Program-made: the position numbers and the translations under genes | In this document: positions 28,573-38,361 of the stretch, in pieces | Layout: each line of letters begins with the position of its first letter | Numbering within the stretch: the first letter of the stretch is position 1 | Notes under the pieces: generated by a model | The model's input: only the letters and a program-made list of their open reading frames with translations | Database searches by the model: none | What the model was told of the DNA's origin: nothing | Origin: Sulfurovum sp. | GTDB lineage: Bacteria; Campylobacterota; Campylobacteria; Campylobacterales; Sulfurovaceae | Length of the DNA stretch: 64,000 bases | Direction: 5' to 3' | Assembly: GCA_026990595.1 (NCBI GenBank) | Contig: JALXCZ010000011.1 | Location: forward strand, 25,312-89,311

Positions 28573-28627
28573 GGACAGACCTATGTGTCTGCCCTCTGAC
28601 TGGGGCAACACATGGGTTGACCCCTAC
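28569..28627. repeat. REPIN-like inverted pair of 26-bp GTAG REPs (family B)
   Basis: GTAGGGACAGACCTATGTGTCTGCCC (28569-28594, overlapping the uppP stop) and inverted GTAGGGGTCAACCCATGTGTTGCCCC (28602-28627). Confidence 0.75.
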
Positions 28628-28743
28628 GCAGAATTGAATTTATAGAGCTTCTTATGAGAGCCTCCATTAAGTTCAAAACAATTTTTTGGACAAATTTATG
28701 ATATAGGGGCAGAATCCATTTTTGCCCATGTCAAAGGCAAAAT

Positions 28744-30126
28744 ATGAAATTTAATACATTTGATTTTCACCGTGATATTGCAAAAGGTGTGAAAATAGCA
28801 GGCTTTAAAGAACCAAGTCCTATTCAGGAGATGGCTATACCGATCATCGCTAACGGCAGTGATATGGTAGGACAGGCACACACAGGAACAGGTAAAACAG
28901 CAGCTTTTGGACTGCCGATGATGGATAAACTTGCACGTGGTGAGATAGAGAGAGCATTGGTCATTACACCAACCAGAGAACTTGCGACACAGGTGGCAGA
29001 TGAACTGTATCATCTGGGTCGTTTTGCAGGGATCAGAACATTGACCGTCTATGGTGGTGTAGGATACGGTCGTCAGATCGCACTGATCCATAAGGGAGTA
29101 CAGATCGTAGTGGCAACACCCGGACGATTGAAAGACCTTTACAAAAAAGGGAAGATCGATGTCTTTAATCCCGAGATCGTAGTACTGGATGAAGCAGATG
29201 AAATGCTTGATATGGGTTTTCTCGAAGAGATCAAAGAAATATTTGAATACATTCCGCAAAACCGTCAGACACTGCTTTTCTCTGCAACGATGCCTGAGCC
29301 CATCAAGGAACTTGCAAAACACATTTTATATCAACCTGAATTCATCTCAGTAGTAGGTGATGAAGAGACAACCAACAATGTAATAGAACAGCGCTACTAT
29401 GTGATCAATGAAAATCAGAGGGATGAAGCGATCGTTAAACTGCTTGAGACGGAAAAAACCAATAAATGTATTATTTTCTGCCGTATGAAAAGAGAAGTAG
29501 ACAGGCTTACAGAATATCTGCAGGCATTAGGTTTCAATGCAGCAGGCTTGCATGGAGATCTTGAACAGATGGATAGAGAAACGATCATCAAGGCTTACAG
29601 AAGAGGGCAGACAAAGATCATGGTAGCTACCGATGTGGCTGCCCGTGGGCTTGATGTTAAAGATGTGACACATGTCTTTAACTACCATATCCCGTTTGAT
29701 CCCCAGTCTTACGTGCACCGTATCGGTCGTACAGGACGTGCAGGTAAAAGCGGTCAGGCGATCACGCTGGTGACGACGGAAGAGTTCAGGGAGTTGCAGC
29801 GTATTCAAAAAGAGGTGGGAGCAGAGATGCGGTTGGCTACACTTCAGGGAGGAGATGGACTTGATGAAACAGCACTTGAATATCTGGCAGACCAGATTAG
29901 AGATATGCCTGTACACAATGAAGCACAATCACTCATTTCCTATATGGGTGATATGGACAAAGAATTGCTTTTAGAGAAGCTGATTTCCTGCTTCGTTGAG
30001 AAGGAACAACACAATGTCGGTTCACAGATCGGTTTTGATCAGCATACTGTAGATGAGATGCTGCAAAGCTATGTGAGTGATCAAAAAGCTACACGAAATA
30101 ACAATCGCAGAAAAAAGAGAAGATAA
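28744..30126 (+). CDS. DEAD-box RNA helicase
   Basis: Q motif, AHTGTGKT, PTRELA, DEAD, SAT and HRIGRTGRAG. Confidence 0.95.
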   Translation: MKFNTFDFHRDIAKGVKIAGFKEPSPIQEMAIPIIANGSDMVGQAHTGTGKTAAFGLPMMDKLARGEIERALVITPTRELATQVADELYHLGRFAGIRTLTVYGGVGYGRQIALIHKGVQIVVATPGRLKDLYKKGKIDVFNPEIVVLDEADEMLDMGFLEEIKEIFEYIPQNRQTLLFSATMPEPIKELAKHILYQPEFISVVGDEETTNNVIEQRYYVINENQRDEAIVKLLETEKTNKCIIFCRMKREVDRLTEYLQALGFNAAGLHGDLEQMDRETIIKAYRRGQTKIMVATDVAARGLDVKDVTHVFNYHIPFDPQSYVHRIGRTGRAGKSGQAITLVTTEEFRELQRIQKEVGAEMRLATLQGGDGLDETALEYLADQIRDMPVHNEAQSLISYMGDMDKELLLEKLISCFVEKEQHNVGSQIGFDQHTVDEMLQSYVSDQKATRNNNRRKKRR

Positions 30127-30195
30127 TCTCCTCTTTTTACCTAACCCAAAGCAAAACAATTTTAAAATTTGGAAACTATAATTAAAGGTGTCCAT

Positions 30196-30435
30196 ATGGA
30201 AATTGATATAGTAGGTGAAAGCCTAAAATTCATGGTACTTGGGATGTTGATCGTCTTCGTATTCCTCGTAGTACTTGTTCAGATAATGAAGCTTCAGGCT
30301 AAAATTATCAATAAATACTTTCCGGAGAAAGCACCTGCTGTGCCTACCCAGACAACTACACAAGCTACAGACAATGCACATCATGTTGCAGCCATTGTCG
30401 CAGCTATTTCAGAATTTCGTAAAAATAAATCGTAA
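30196..30435 (+). CDS. oadG: Na+-translocating decarboxylase gamma subunit
   Basis: GMLIVFVFLVVL single TM, Pro/Thr linker and HHVAAIVAAI. Start placed at ATG 30196. Confidence 0.85.
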   Translation: MEIDIVGESLKFMVLGMLIVFVFLVVLVQIMKLQAKIINKYFPEKAPAVPTQTTTQATDNAHHVAAIVAAISEFRKNKS

Positions 30436-30449
30436 ACAAGGTAACTTAA

Positions 30450-32234
30450 ATGGCTAAAAAATATATTGATGTAATGGATACGACTTTTAGAGACGGATTT
30501 CAATCTGTCTTTGGCGGTCGTGTACTTATGGATGATTTTTTTCCTGCAGTGGAAGCAGCGAAAAAAGCAGGTATTACTCACTTTGAGTTCGGTGGCGGTG
30601 CAAGATTCCAGTCTCTCTACTTCTATCTTCAGGAAGATGCATTTAAAATGATGGATGGTTTCAGGGAGATCGTCGGTCCGGATGCGAATCTTCAGGTACT
30701 TTCACGCGGTATTAACACAGTGATGTTGGACACGGGAAGCCGTGAGATGATAGAACTGTTTGCGAAAATGTTCAAAAAGCATGGTACAACAACCGTACGT
30801 AATTTTGATGCACTTAATGATGTGAACAATCTTGCATTCTCTGCAGAAATGATCAAAAAACATGGGTTGAACCATGAAGCAGTTGTGACCATGATGGATC
30901 TTCCTCCAGGGTGTAAAGGTGCGCATGATGTGGCTTTTTATGAAAAGACACTTAGAAATATTTTAGACAGTGGTATCGCATTTGACAGTGTATGTTTTAA
31001 AGATGCGTCAGGTACAGCAAATCCGCACAAAGTGTATGAAACGATTGCAATGGCAAGAAAACTGCTTGGAGAAAGTGTCCATTTAAGACTGCATACACAT
31101 GAAACAGCAGGTGTTTCTGTAGCTTCTTATCTTGCAGCACTTGAAGCGGGAGCGAACGGTATCGATATGGCAGCATCACCGGTAAGTGGTGGTACATCAC
31201 AGCCGGATATCCTTACAATGCTTCATGCGACAAAAGGAACGAATTATAATCTTGGTGATCTTAAACTTGATAAAGTCCTTAAGTATGAAGAACGACTTAA
31301 AGAGTGTTTGGCTGAGTATATGATTCCACCTGAGGCAACACAGGTATCACCGCTTATTCCATTTTCACCTATGCCTGGTGGAGCATTGACTGCGAATACT
31401 CAGATGATGAGAGATTCCGGAGACCTTGATAAATTTGATGAAGTGATCGCTGCGATGAAAGAAGTGGTTGAACGCGGTGGTTACGGAACTTCTGTAACAC
31501 CTGTGAGCCAATTCTACTGGCAGCAGGCGTACGCGAATGTGATGTTTGGTCCGTGGAAACAGATCGCTCCTGGATATGGACGTATGGTACTTGGTTACTT
31601 CGGTAAAACACCGGTTGAAGCAGATAAAGAGATTATGGAGCTTGCGAGTCAAAAACTAAAACTTGATCCGACAAATGAAAATCCTTTGGATATCGCAGAC
31701 AGAGATGAGACAAAATCTATTGCACATTGGACAAAAATACTGGAAGATGAAGGTCTTGAAACAACAGATGAAAATATCTTTATTGCAGGTGCATGTGACC
31801 AGAAAGGTATTGCGTTCTTGAAGGGTGAAGGTCCTCTTATGGTAAGAAAAGGTAAAAATAATAACAGTGGAGAAGCAGAAATGGCAGGAAATTATACAGT
31901 AGTAGTAGATGGTAAACAATACAGCGTACAGGTAGCAGAAGGTGAGGGTGATATTCAGATCGCACCTGCAGCAACAGCAGCAGCTCCTGTAGAAGCAGCG
32001 GCAGCACCAAGCGGTGCAGGCAGCATAGAGATCCATTCTCAAACACCGGGAAATGTTTGGAAGATCATAAAAAACCCGGGTGATTCAGTAGCAGAAGGAG
32101 AGGTGATCATGATCCTTGAAGCAATGAAGATGGAGATCGATATTGCAGCACCACAGGCAGGAAAGATAGCTTCTATTAACGTTAATGTCAATGATGCTGT
32201 TGCTGATGCACAACTGTTAGCCACAATGGAGTAA
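30450..32234 (+). CDS. oadA: Oxaloacetate decarboxylase alpha / pyruvate carboxylase B-type carboxyltransferase with biotinyl domain
   Basis: [23 protein letters not shown] and VTPVSQ motifs; biotinylation site EAMKME. Confidence 0.88.
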   Translation: MAKKYIDVMDTTFRDGFQSVFGGRVLMDDFFPAVEAAKKAGITHFEFGGGARFQSLYFYLQEDAFKMMDGFREIVGPDANLQVLSRGINTVMLDTGSREMIELFAKMFKKHGTTTVRNFDALNDVNNLAFSAEMIKKHGLNHEAVVTMMDLPPGCKGAHDVAFYEKTLRNILDSGIAFDSVCFKDASGTANPHKVYETIAMARKLLGESVHLRLHTHETAGVSVASYLAALEAGANGIDMAASPVSGGTSQPDILTMLHATKGTNYNLGDLKLDKVLKYEERLKECLAEYMIPPEATQVSPLIPFSPMPGGALTANTQMMRDSGDLDKFDEVIAAMKEVVERGGYGTSVTPVSQFYWQQAYANVMFGPWKQIAPGYGRMVLGYFGKTPVEADKEIMELASQKLKLDPTNENPLDIADRDETKSIAHWTKILEDEGLETTDENIFIAGACDQKGIAFLKGEGPLMVRKGKNNNSGEAEMAGNYTVVVDGKQYSVQVAEGEGDIQIAPAATAAAPVEAAAAPSGAGSIEIHSQTPGNVWKIIKNPGDSVAEGEVIMILEAMKMEIDIAAPQAGKIASINVNVNDAVADAQLLATME

Positions 32235-32236
32235 GT

Positions 32237-33568
32237 ATGAAATTCAAACATCTTTTACTCTCAGTGTTGTTTGCCTTTACGGCACTCACATCAGCCGTGC
32301 AGGCAGGCGGGCATGAAGAACCTGCTGCTCAGGCACAGCATGAACAAAAAGTGTATGTTGAAAAATCAGTTTCGCAACTTTTAGGCAGTTTTTTTGAAAC
32401 AACAGGATTGAATGCCATCATTAACCCTTCTCATGAAAAAATTGATGTTGCGGGAGAAAAAATAGATGGAGCATGGTACAAAAGCTATGGTACAGTGATC
32501 ATGTTCATCATTATTTTCCTTCTTTTCTATCTTGCTGTAGCGAAAGGATTTGAACCGCTTCTGCTTTTACCTATTGCTTTTGGTGGTCTTCTTGCCAATA
32601 TACCCATAGCACATATGACGGGTCCTCATGGTATGCTAGGTATTATTTATAATATGGGTATTGCCAATGAGTTCTTTCCTTTGCTTATCTTTATGGGTGT
32701 AGGAGCAATGACAGATTTCGGTCCGCTGCTTTCCAATCCTAAAACAGCACTGCTCGGTGGTGCTGCGCAGTTCGGTATCTTTGGGTCTTTGGTCGGAGCG
32801 GCCATGCTTTCCCAATATACAGGTATGGTGGACTTTACACTTAAACAATGTTCTGCGATCTCTATTATTGGTGGTGCAGATGGACCTACGTCTATTTTTA
32901 TTGCAACGGCATTGGCTCCTGAGCTTTTGGGAACGATCGCGGTTGCAGCATATTCCTATATGGCATTGGTTCCGGTAATACAACCACCGATAATGAGAGC
33001 ACTTACAACAAAAGAAGAGCGTCAGATCGTTATGAAAACAACCAGAAAGGTTAATCCTATTGAAAAATTGGTTTTTCCTTTGGTGATTATTATGATGATC
33101 GCATTGGTTCTTCCTGATGCTGCACCGCTTATGGGAGCCTTTGCCTTTGGTAACTTTGCCAAAGAGTCAGGAGTAGTTGATAGACTTTCCAATGAGATGC
33201 AAAACTCATTGATCAATATTGTAACCATTTTCCTCGGCTTGGGTGTTGGTTCCAAGTTACAGGCAGATTCATTCTTGGTTGCTGAGACTTTGGGGATTAT
33301 GATCATTGGTCTTTTAGCATTTGCTGCAGGTACTGCTGCAGGTGTGCTGATGGCAAAAGTGATGAATAAGTTTTCCAAAGAGCCTATTAATCCGCTGATC
33401 GGAGCGGCAGGTGTTTCTGCGGTTCCGATGGCAGCAAGGGTTGCAAGTAAAGTTGGTTCAGAAGAAAAGCCTGGTAACATCTTACTTATGCATGCAATGG
33501 GACCTAATGTTGCCGGTGTTATCGGTTCAGCTGTTGCAGCAGGTATTCTGTTGTCGATCTTTAAATAG
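32237..33568 (+). CDS. oadB: Na+-translocating decarboxylase beta subunit
   Basis: [29 protein letters not shown] and [10 protein letters not shown] motifs. Confidence 0.93.
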   Translation: MKFKHLLLSVLFAFTALTSAVQAGGHEEPAAQAQHEQKVYVEKSVSQLLGSFFETTGLNAIINPSHEKIDVAGEKIDGAWYKSYGTVIMFIIIFLLFYLAVAKGFEPLLLLPIAFGGLLANIPIAHMTGPHGMLGIIYNMGIANEFFPLLIFMGVGAMTDFGPLLSNPKTALLGGAAQFGIFGSLVGAAMLSQYTGMVDFTLKQCSAISIIGGADGPTSIFIATALAPELLGTIAVAAYSYMALVPVIQPPIMRALTTKEERQIVMKTTRKVNPIEKLVFPLVIIMMIALVLPDAAPLMGAFAFGNFAKESGVVDRLSNEMQNSLINIVTIFLGLGVGSKLQADSFLVAETLGIMIIGLLAFAAGTAAGVLMAKVMNKFSKEPINPLIGAAGVSAVPMAARVASKVGSEEKPGNILLMHAMGPNVAGVIGSAVAAGILLSIFK

Positions 33569-33574
33569 ACTGTG

Positions 33575-33588
33575 CTCCCTTTTGGGAG
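33575..33588 (+). terminator. Hairpin after oadB
   Basis: CTCCC-TTTT-GGGAG. Confidence 0.4.
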
Positions 33589-33665
33589 TATAAATTAGAA
33601 AATACTAAACGGTTTTCTAATTTATGCTTTGGCATGAATAAAATTAAAGTACAAAAGAGGATACA

Positions 33666-35255
33666 ATGAGTACCAAAACGCCCAACGGACTTGCTAAATT
33701 AGGATTAAAAGATATCGGTAATATCTATTATAATTTAAGTTATGACGAGTTGCAAGCGCATGAAGTAAACAGTGGGGAATGTAAGATCTCTACATCAGGC
33801 ACAGCAATGTGTGATACAGGTATCTTCACAGGACGTAGTCCAAAAGATAAATATTTTGTCGATCAGGAGCCGTCCAACAAGCATATTGCCTGGGGTGATG
33901 TGAACAAGCCGATCAAAAAAGAGATATATGATGACCTTTTGGATATTACGCTGTCACAGCTTTCAGGGAAAAATCTTTATATTAATGATGTATATACTGG
34001 AGCATCTGAAGCAAGTAAACGTTCTATACGTTTTATTTCTGAAGTAGCATGGCAGGCACATTTTGTGAAAAATATGTTTATTCGTCCTACGGAGGAAGAA
34101 TTAGAAACCTTTGAACCGGATTTTACTGTTTATAATGCATGTAAGACAGTGGATGAAAAATATAAAGAGCATGGACTCAACTCTGATGTATATGTAGTTT
34201 TTAATATTGAAGATAATATTTCTATTATCGGAGGTACCTGGTATGGTGGAGAGTTAAAAAAAGGTATCTTTTCCATGATGAACTATTGGTTGCCGCTTGA
34301 GGGAAAACTCTCTATGCACTGTTCTGCGAATGTAGGAAAAGAAGACGATGTTTGTCTTTTCTTTGGACTTTCCGGCACAGGGAAGACCACACTTTCGACT
34401 GACCCTAACAGAGCACTTATCGGAGATGATGAACATGGTTGGGATGACCATGGTGTCTTTAATTTTGAAGGTGGATGCTATGCCAAGGTAATCAATCTTG
34501 ACCCTAAGTCAGAACCGGAGATCTATGGTGCTATCAGCAAAGGTGCCCTCTTGGAGAATGTTGTTGCAGATGAGACAGGAAAGGTAGACTATTCTGACAG
34601 TTCAAAAACAGAAAATACCCGTGTTTCCTACCCAATTGAACATATTAAAAATCATAAAGCTGATCTTCAGGCTGGACATCCTAAGAATATCATTTTCCTT
34701 TCTGCAGATGCTTTTGGTGTACTGCCTCCGGTAAGCAAACTGACCAAAGAACAGGCAATGTATTATTTCCTAAGCGGATATACAGCAAAAGTAGCAGGAA
34801 CAGAGAGAGGGATCACCGAGCCGGTTGCAACTTTCTCGGCATGTTTTGGAGAAGCTTTTCTTCCACTTCACCCAACTGTCTATGCAGAGCTTCTTGGTAA
34901 AAAAATCGATGAACACGGGGTCAATGTTTATCTTGTTAACACGGGATGGACAGGTGGAGCTTACGGTGTAGGAAAACGTATGAGTATTAAAAATACCAGA
35001 GCATGTATTGACGGTATTCTGAGTGGAGCCATTTTAAACTCTGAATTTGATACATTAGATACTTTTAACCTTCAAATCCCTAAAACACTTGAAGGGGTAG
35101 ACACTGAAGTACTCAATCCTAGAAATACATGGGAAAACAAAGTAGAATATGATGCCAATTTGGCAAAATTGGCTAAAATGTTCCAAGAGAATTTTCACCG
35201 TTATGATGACAAAGGCGGAGAGTTTGATTTTGCTTCGGCAGGACCACAACTCTAA
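33666..35255 (+). CDS. pckA: Phosphoenolpyruvate carboxykinase (ATP)
   Basis: [27 protein letters not shown] and NFEGGCYAK motifs. Confidence 0.97.
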   Translation: MSTKTPNGLAKLGLKDIGNIYYNLSYDELQAHEVNSGECKISTSGTAMCDTGIFTGRSPKDKYFVDQEPSNKHIAWGDVNKPIKKEIYDDLLDITLSQLSGKNLYINDVYTGASEASKRSIRFISEVAWQAHFVKNMFIRPTEEELETFEPDFTVYNACKTVDEKYKEHGLNSDVYVVFNIEDNISIIGGTWYGGELKKGIFSMMNYWLPLEGKLSMHCSANVGKEDDVCLFFGLSGTGKTTLSTDPNRALIGDDEHGWDDHGVFNFEGGCYAKVINLDPKSEPEIYGAISKGALLENVVADETGKVDYSDSSKTENTRVSYPIEHIKNHKADLQAGHPKNIIFLSADAFGVLPPVSKLTKEQAMYYFLSGYTAKVAGTERGITEPVATFSACFGEAFLPLHPTVYAELLGKKIDEHGVNVYLVNTGWTGGAYGVGKRMSIKNTRACIDGILSGAILNSEFDTLDTFNLQIPKTLEGVDTEVLNPRNTWENKVEYDANLAKLAKMFQENFHRYDDKGGEFDFASAGPQL

Positions 35256-35258
35256 CTG

Positions 35259-35296
35259 ATCTGCTGTGCCATGATTGTATGGTACAGTAGATTTTA
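35259..35296 (+). terminator. Intrinsic terminator of pckA
   Basis: ATCTGCTGTGCCAT-GATTGT-ATGGTACAGTAGAT stem followed by TTT. Confidence 0.55.
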
Positions 35297-35299
35297 TTC

Positions 35300-35342
35300 T
35301 TATAGAACCCTCTGAATAACCTAGACATTCAAAGGGTTCTAT
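35300..35342. repeat. AT-rich intergenic palindrome, family E, copy 2
   Basis: TTATAGAACCCTCTGAATAACCTAGACATTCAAAGGGTTCTAT; similar to 1803-1837. Confidence 0.6.
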
Positions 35343-35408
35343 TTTATCATTTTATTCTCCAAGCAATTCAAAATCTAATTTTTTATATTTTTTTAAGCCT
35401 AAGAAGCC

Positions 35409-35432
35409 TATAATTAACTAACCAGTTAATTA
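35409..35432 (+). promoter_or_regulatory. -10 box plus probable TetR autoregulatory operator
   Basis: TATAAT overlapping the perfect inverted repeat TAATTAACT-AACC-AGTTAATTA immediately before the tetR RBS. Confidence 0.65.
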
Positions 35433-35444
35433 ATTAGGAGTACT

Positions 35445-36086
35445 ATGCCAAAAAAGATACACAAAAGAGATGCCCAAGTCTCAAAAGCATTGATCATTAC
35501 CAATGCAATACAACTATTTTCCCAAAAGGGCTATGCCTCTGCCTCTATGGATGATTTGGCTAAGATGTGTGGGCTCAACAAAGCGATGGTCTTTTACTAT
35601 TTCAAAAATAAAAAAGGACTTTATGAAGCGGTTATGACGCAAGTACTCGAAGAGATACAGCAGAAGATATTGAAGGAAAATGAAAAATATACCAAGCCAA
35701 TTGAGGAGTTGGAGAGTTTTATCCGTACCTATGCTAAATTTGCCTGTTCTCATCCTTATCTTCCGGCATTGTTGCTTAAAGAACTCAGTGACAGTGGGGC
35801 AGTATTTCCCGAAATGCTTTTTACATCAATGCGTCAGCTTTTTGCACTTTTTAGTGATATTTTGAAACGTGGAGAAGAAAAAGGGTGTTTTCACGATACG
35901 ATGCCTATGATACTCTACTTCATGGTGCTTGGCACACTCAATCTTATCGTAACGACCAAACCGTTAAGGGAAGAAGCAGCCCAAAAAGAGGATATCCTGC
36001 TTGATACCTGTGCAGAGTGTGATATAGACCAGATCGCAGATTATCTTATAGAGAAGATGAAACAGATGTTAAAGGAGAAGAAGTGA
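35445..36086 (+). CDS. TetR/AcrR family transcriptional regulator
   Basis: AIQLFSQKGYASASMDDLAKMCGLNKAMVFYYFKNK helix-turn-helix. Confidence 0.93.
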   Translation: MPKKIHKRDAQVSKALIITNAIQLFSQKGYASASMDDLAKMCGLNKAMVFYYFKNKKGLYEAVMTQVLEEIQQKILKENEKYTKPIEELESFIRTYAKFACSHPYLPALLLKELSDSGAVFPEMLFTSMRQLFALFSDILKRGEEKGCFHDTMPMILYFMVLGTLNLIVTTKPLREEAAQKEDILLDTCAECDIDQIADYLIEKMKQMLKEKK

Positions 36087-37348
36087 AATTGAAATGGAGT
36101 ATAGTGTTACTGTGTATAGGGCAATTTACCTACGCTACAACAGTAACCACCTTGTTAAAAGGGGTAGATAAGAGACCACAGAGTATGATCGATGAGCTTG
36201 ATGTACAACAGGCATCTTTAGGAATAAAAAAGATTACAGACAAATTGATGCCAACATTGGACGGATTTGCCGGATATGAGGTCTATAATCGTCCTTCTTC
36301 ACTTCGCCCGGTACTTCCAAGTGAGATGAAAGATTCGAAAGCTGCACTTCCTTTTAGTAAGGATATTTCACGTGCAGGGCTTAAGTTCTCCTGGCCGATC
36401 TTTGTCAAATCACTTTATACTCTTAAAGAAAAAGCTACTTTAATGCAACTTGCCAGTAAAGATAAAAGAAGACTGAGCCGTATTCAAAGAGAAGCTCAGG
36501 TAGTTGGTGCTGTTGCCTATTTGCATTATATGGAAGCATTGCATCAGGCACTCAAAGTTAAAGAGCACTCCATAAGGGCAACCAGAAGAAAGGTAGCACT
36601 GATGGTTAAAGAGGGTAGAGTGGCACAGAGCCAATTACTTACACTTGATGCGAAGATCAATGATTTGAAAATGAATATTATTGGTATAGAGCAGCAAAAG
36701 AATATACTTAAGGCAACGATTGAAACACTGACAGGTATTTCATTAAGGCATAGTGTGATGCTGCATCAAAAAAGAACGGTTAAAAAAGGTGCTATTTTTG
36801 CTTTGGCACCACTTAAAAAAAGACTCAAAGCAGCACAAATGGGTGTCAAAGCTGCCAAAGAACGTTATTATCCAAGTATTGCAATGAAAGGTTCCTATAC
36901 TCTCTCCAGAGCGGATGCCTACAATAATGATGAGTCGGTAAATACAAGGTATGGTTCTGTAGGAATGTATGTCAATGTACCACTCTATGACAGTAGCCGC
37001 TCTACAGGGGTGGAAGAGGCCAAACTCAATTATCTCAAAAGCAAATCGACAATTGATGATACAAAAGAGCGTTTAGCGGTTAAAGCCAAAGAACTCAGAC
37101 GTGAAATTGTACTGCTAAAACGTACACACATGCTGGCAAAAAAGAATGTAGCACACCAAAGATCTATTTTAAAGATCGCTAAAGTTTCTTTAGAGAATGA
37201 AGTGATCACGCAGGAGGAGTATTTACGTTATGAAGATGCCCTTGCAAATGCAAAGGCAACCCTCTATCAAAGTGAAGCCAAAAAGTGGCAGGATATTGCC
37301 CAACTTGCCGTCATCTACGGAAATGATTTGAAAAGGATTGTAAAATGA
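36083..37348 (+). CDS. TolC-family outer membrane efflux protein
   Basis: Signal peptide, OEP repeats (YYPSIAM, VNVPLYD), operon position. Confidence 0.85.
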   Translation: MKLKWSIVLLCIGQFTYATTVTTLLKGVDKRPQSMIDELDVQQASLGIKKITDKLMPTLDGFAGYEVYNRPSSLRPVLPSEMKDSKAALPFSKDISRAGLKFSWPIFVKSLYTLKEKATLMQLASKDKRRLSRIQREAQVVGAVAYLHYMEALHQALKVKEHSIRATRRKVALMVKEGRVAQSQLLTLDAKINDLKMNIIGIEQQKNILKATIETLTGISLRHSVMLHQKRTVKKGAIFALAPLKKRLKAAQMGVKAAKERYYPSIAMKGSYTLSRADAYNNDESVNTRYGSVGMYVNVPLYDSSRSTGVEEAKLNYLKSKSTIDDTKERLAVKAKELRREIVLLKRTHMLAKKNVAHQRSILKIAKVSLENEVITQEEYLRYEDALANAKATLYQSEAKKWQDIAQLAVIYGNDLKRIVK

Positions 37349-38358
37349 TAAAAAAAATAGTTAAAGTACTACTGATACTCTTGGTGATCGCTGCTATGGT
37401 CATAGGAGGTATAAAGGTTATCAAAGCCAAAAGAGCCAAGGAGGCATCGACCCCTAAGGTAAAAATTTATCCTATTGTGGCAAAAACAATGATACCAAAA
37501 GTCTCTGAAGTCACATTGACACTGCCCTATCTTGCACAGGCACGGAATGAGCAGGATGTAGCCCTTTCTTCACGTATTGCGTCACGTGTTGAGAAGATCG
37601 TCAAAAGTGGAAGCAGGGTTAAAAAAGGGGATATTGTTGCAACACTCGATATTACAGATCTGACAGCGAATATTCAGGCTCTGAAAATATCGCTGGCTAA
37701 CTTGCTTAAAAGCCATAAACGTACAAATGCACTATATAGAGTAAAAGGGGCCTCAATTGAACAGCTGCAGAAAGAGCAGTCGCAGATTGCTTCTATTAGA
37801 GCCAAACTTAAATCAGCACAAAACCAACTTAGCTATGCGACCATTACTACACCTATTGATGGAGTCATCGCCAAAACAATGGCGGCGAAAGGTGATGTGA
37901 CCATGCCGGGTAAACCATTGCTGCAGATCAGTGCGGAGAGCGGGTTTAGTCTTCTGATACGTACACCGCAGGATACTACACCAAAATCAGTGCAGTATCA
38001 AGGTAAATCCTATTCGTTGCATCCGCTTGGCAGTACTCTGCGAGGACTAAAAGAATATAAAGCTTATATTGATAAAAGTAAGAATATTAGTGCAGGAGAA
38101 CGTGTGGAAGTGGATGTCGTTATCTTTGAAGGACGTGCAACAAAACTTCCATTTGATGCCATTCTTAACCGCGAAGATAAAAGCTATGTACTGCTTGCAG
38201 ACAACAACCGTACGGTTGCCAAAGAGATACACATTGTTCAAAGTGCGGAGCAGGGTGTAGTTATTTCAGATGATCTCTCAGGCAAAAGTATTGTGGTAGC
38301 AAAACCTGATATACTGCTGAAATTGACCAGTGGATATCCTTTCAAAGCAAAGGAGTAA
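37345..38358 (+). CDS. RND periplasmic adaptor (membrane fusion protein)
   Basis: N-terminal TM, GSRVKKGDIVATLD lipoyl half and ITTPIDGVI. Confidence 0.88.
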   Translation: MIKKIVKVLLILLVIAAMVIGGIKVIKAKRAKEASTPKVKIYPIVAKTMIPKVSEVTLTLPYLAQARNEQDVALSSRIASRVEKIVKSGSRVKKGDIVATLDITDLTANIQALKISLANLLKSHKRTNALYRVKGASIEQLQKEQSQIASIRAKLKSAQNQLSYATITTPIDGVIAKTMAAKGDVTMPGKPLLQISAESGFSLLIRTPQDTTPKSVQYQGKSYSLHPLGSTLRGLKEYKAYIDKSKNISAGERVEVDVVIFEGRATKLPFDAILNREDKSYVLLADNNRTVAKEIHIVQSAEQGVVISDDLSGKSIVVAKPDILLKLTSGYPFKAKE

Positions 38359-38361
38359 TAG

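Noticed and set aside
28696-29322. 208-aa antisense ORF opposite the DEAD-box helicase
   Set aside because: Overlaps a highly conserved gene; typical antisense artefact.
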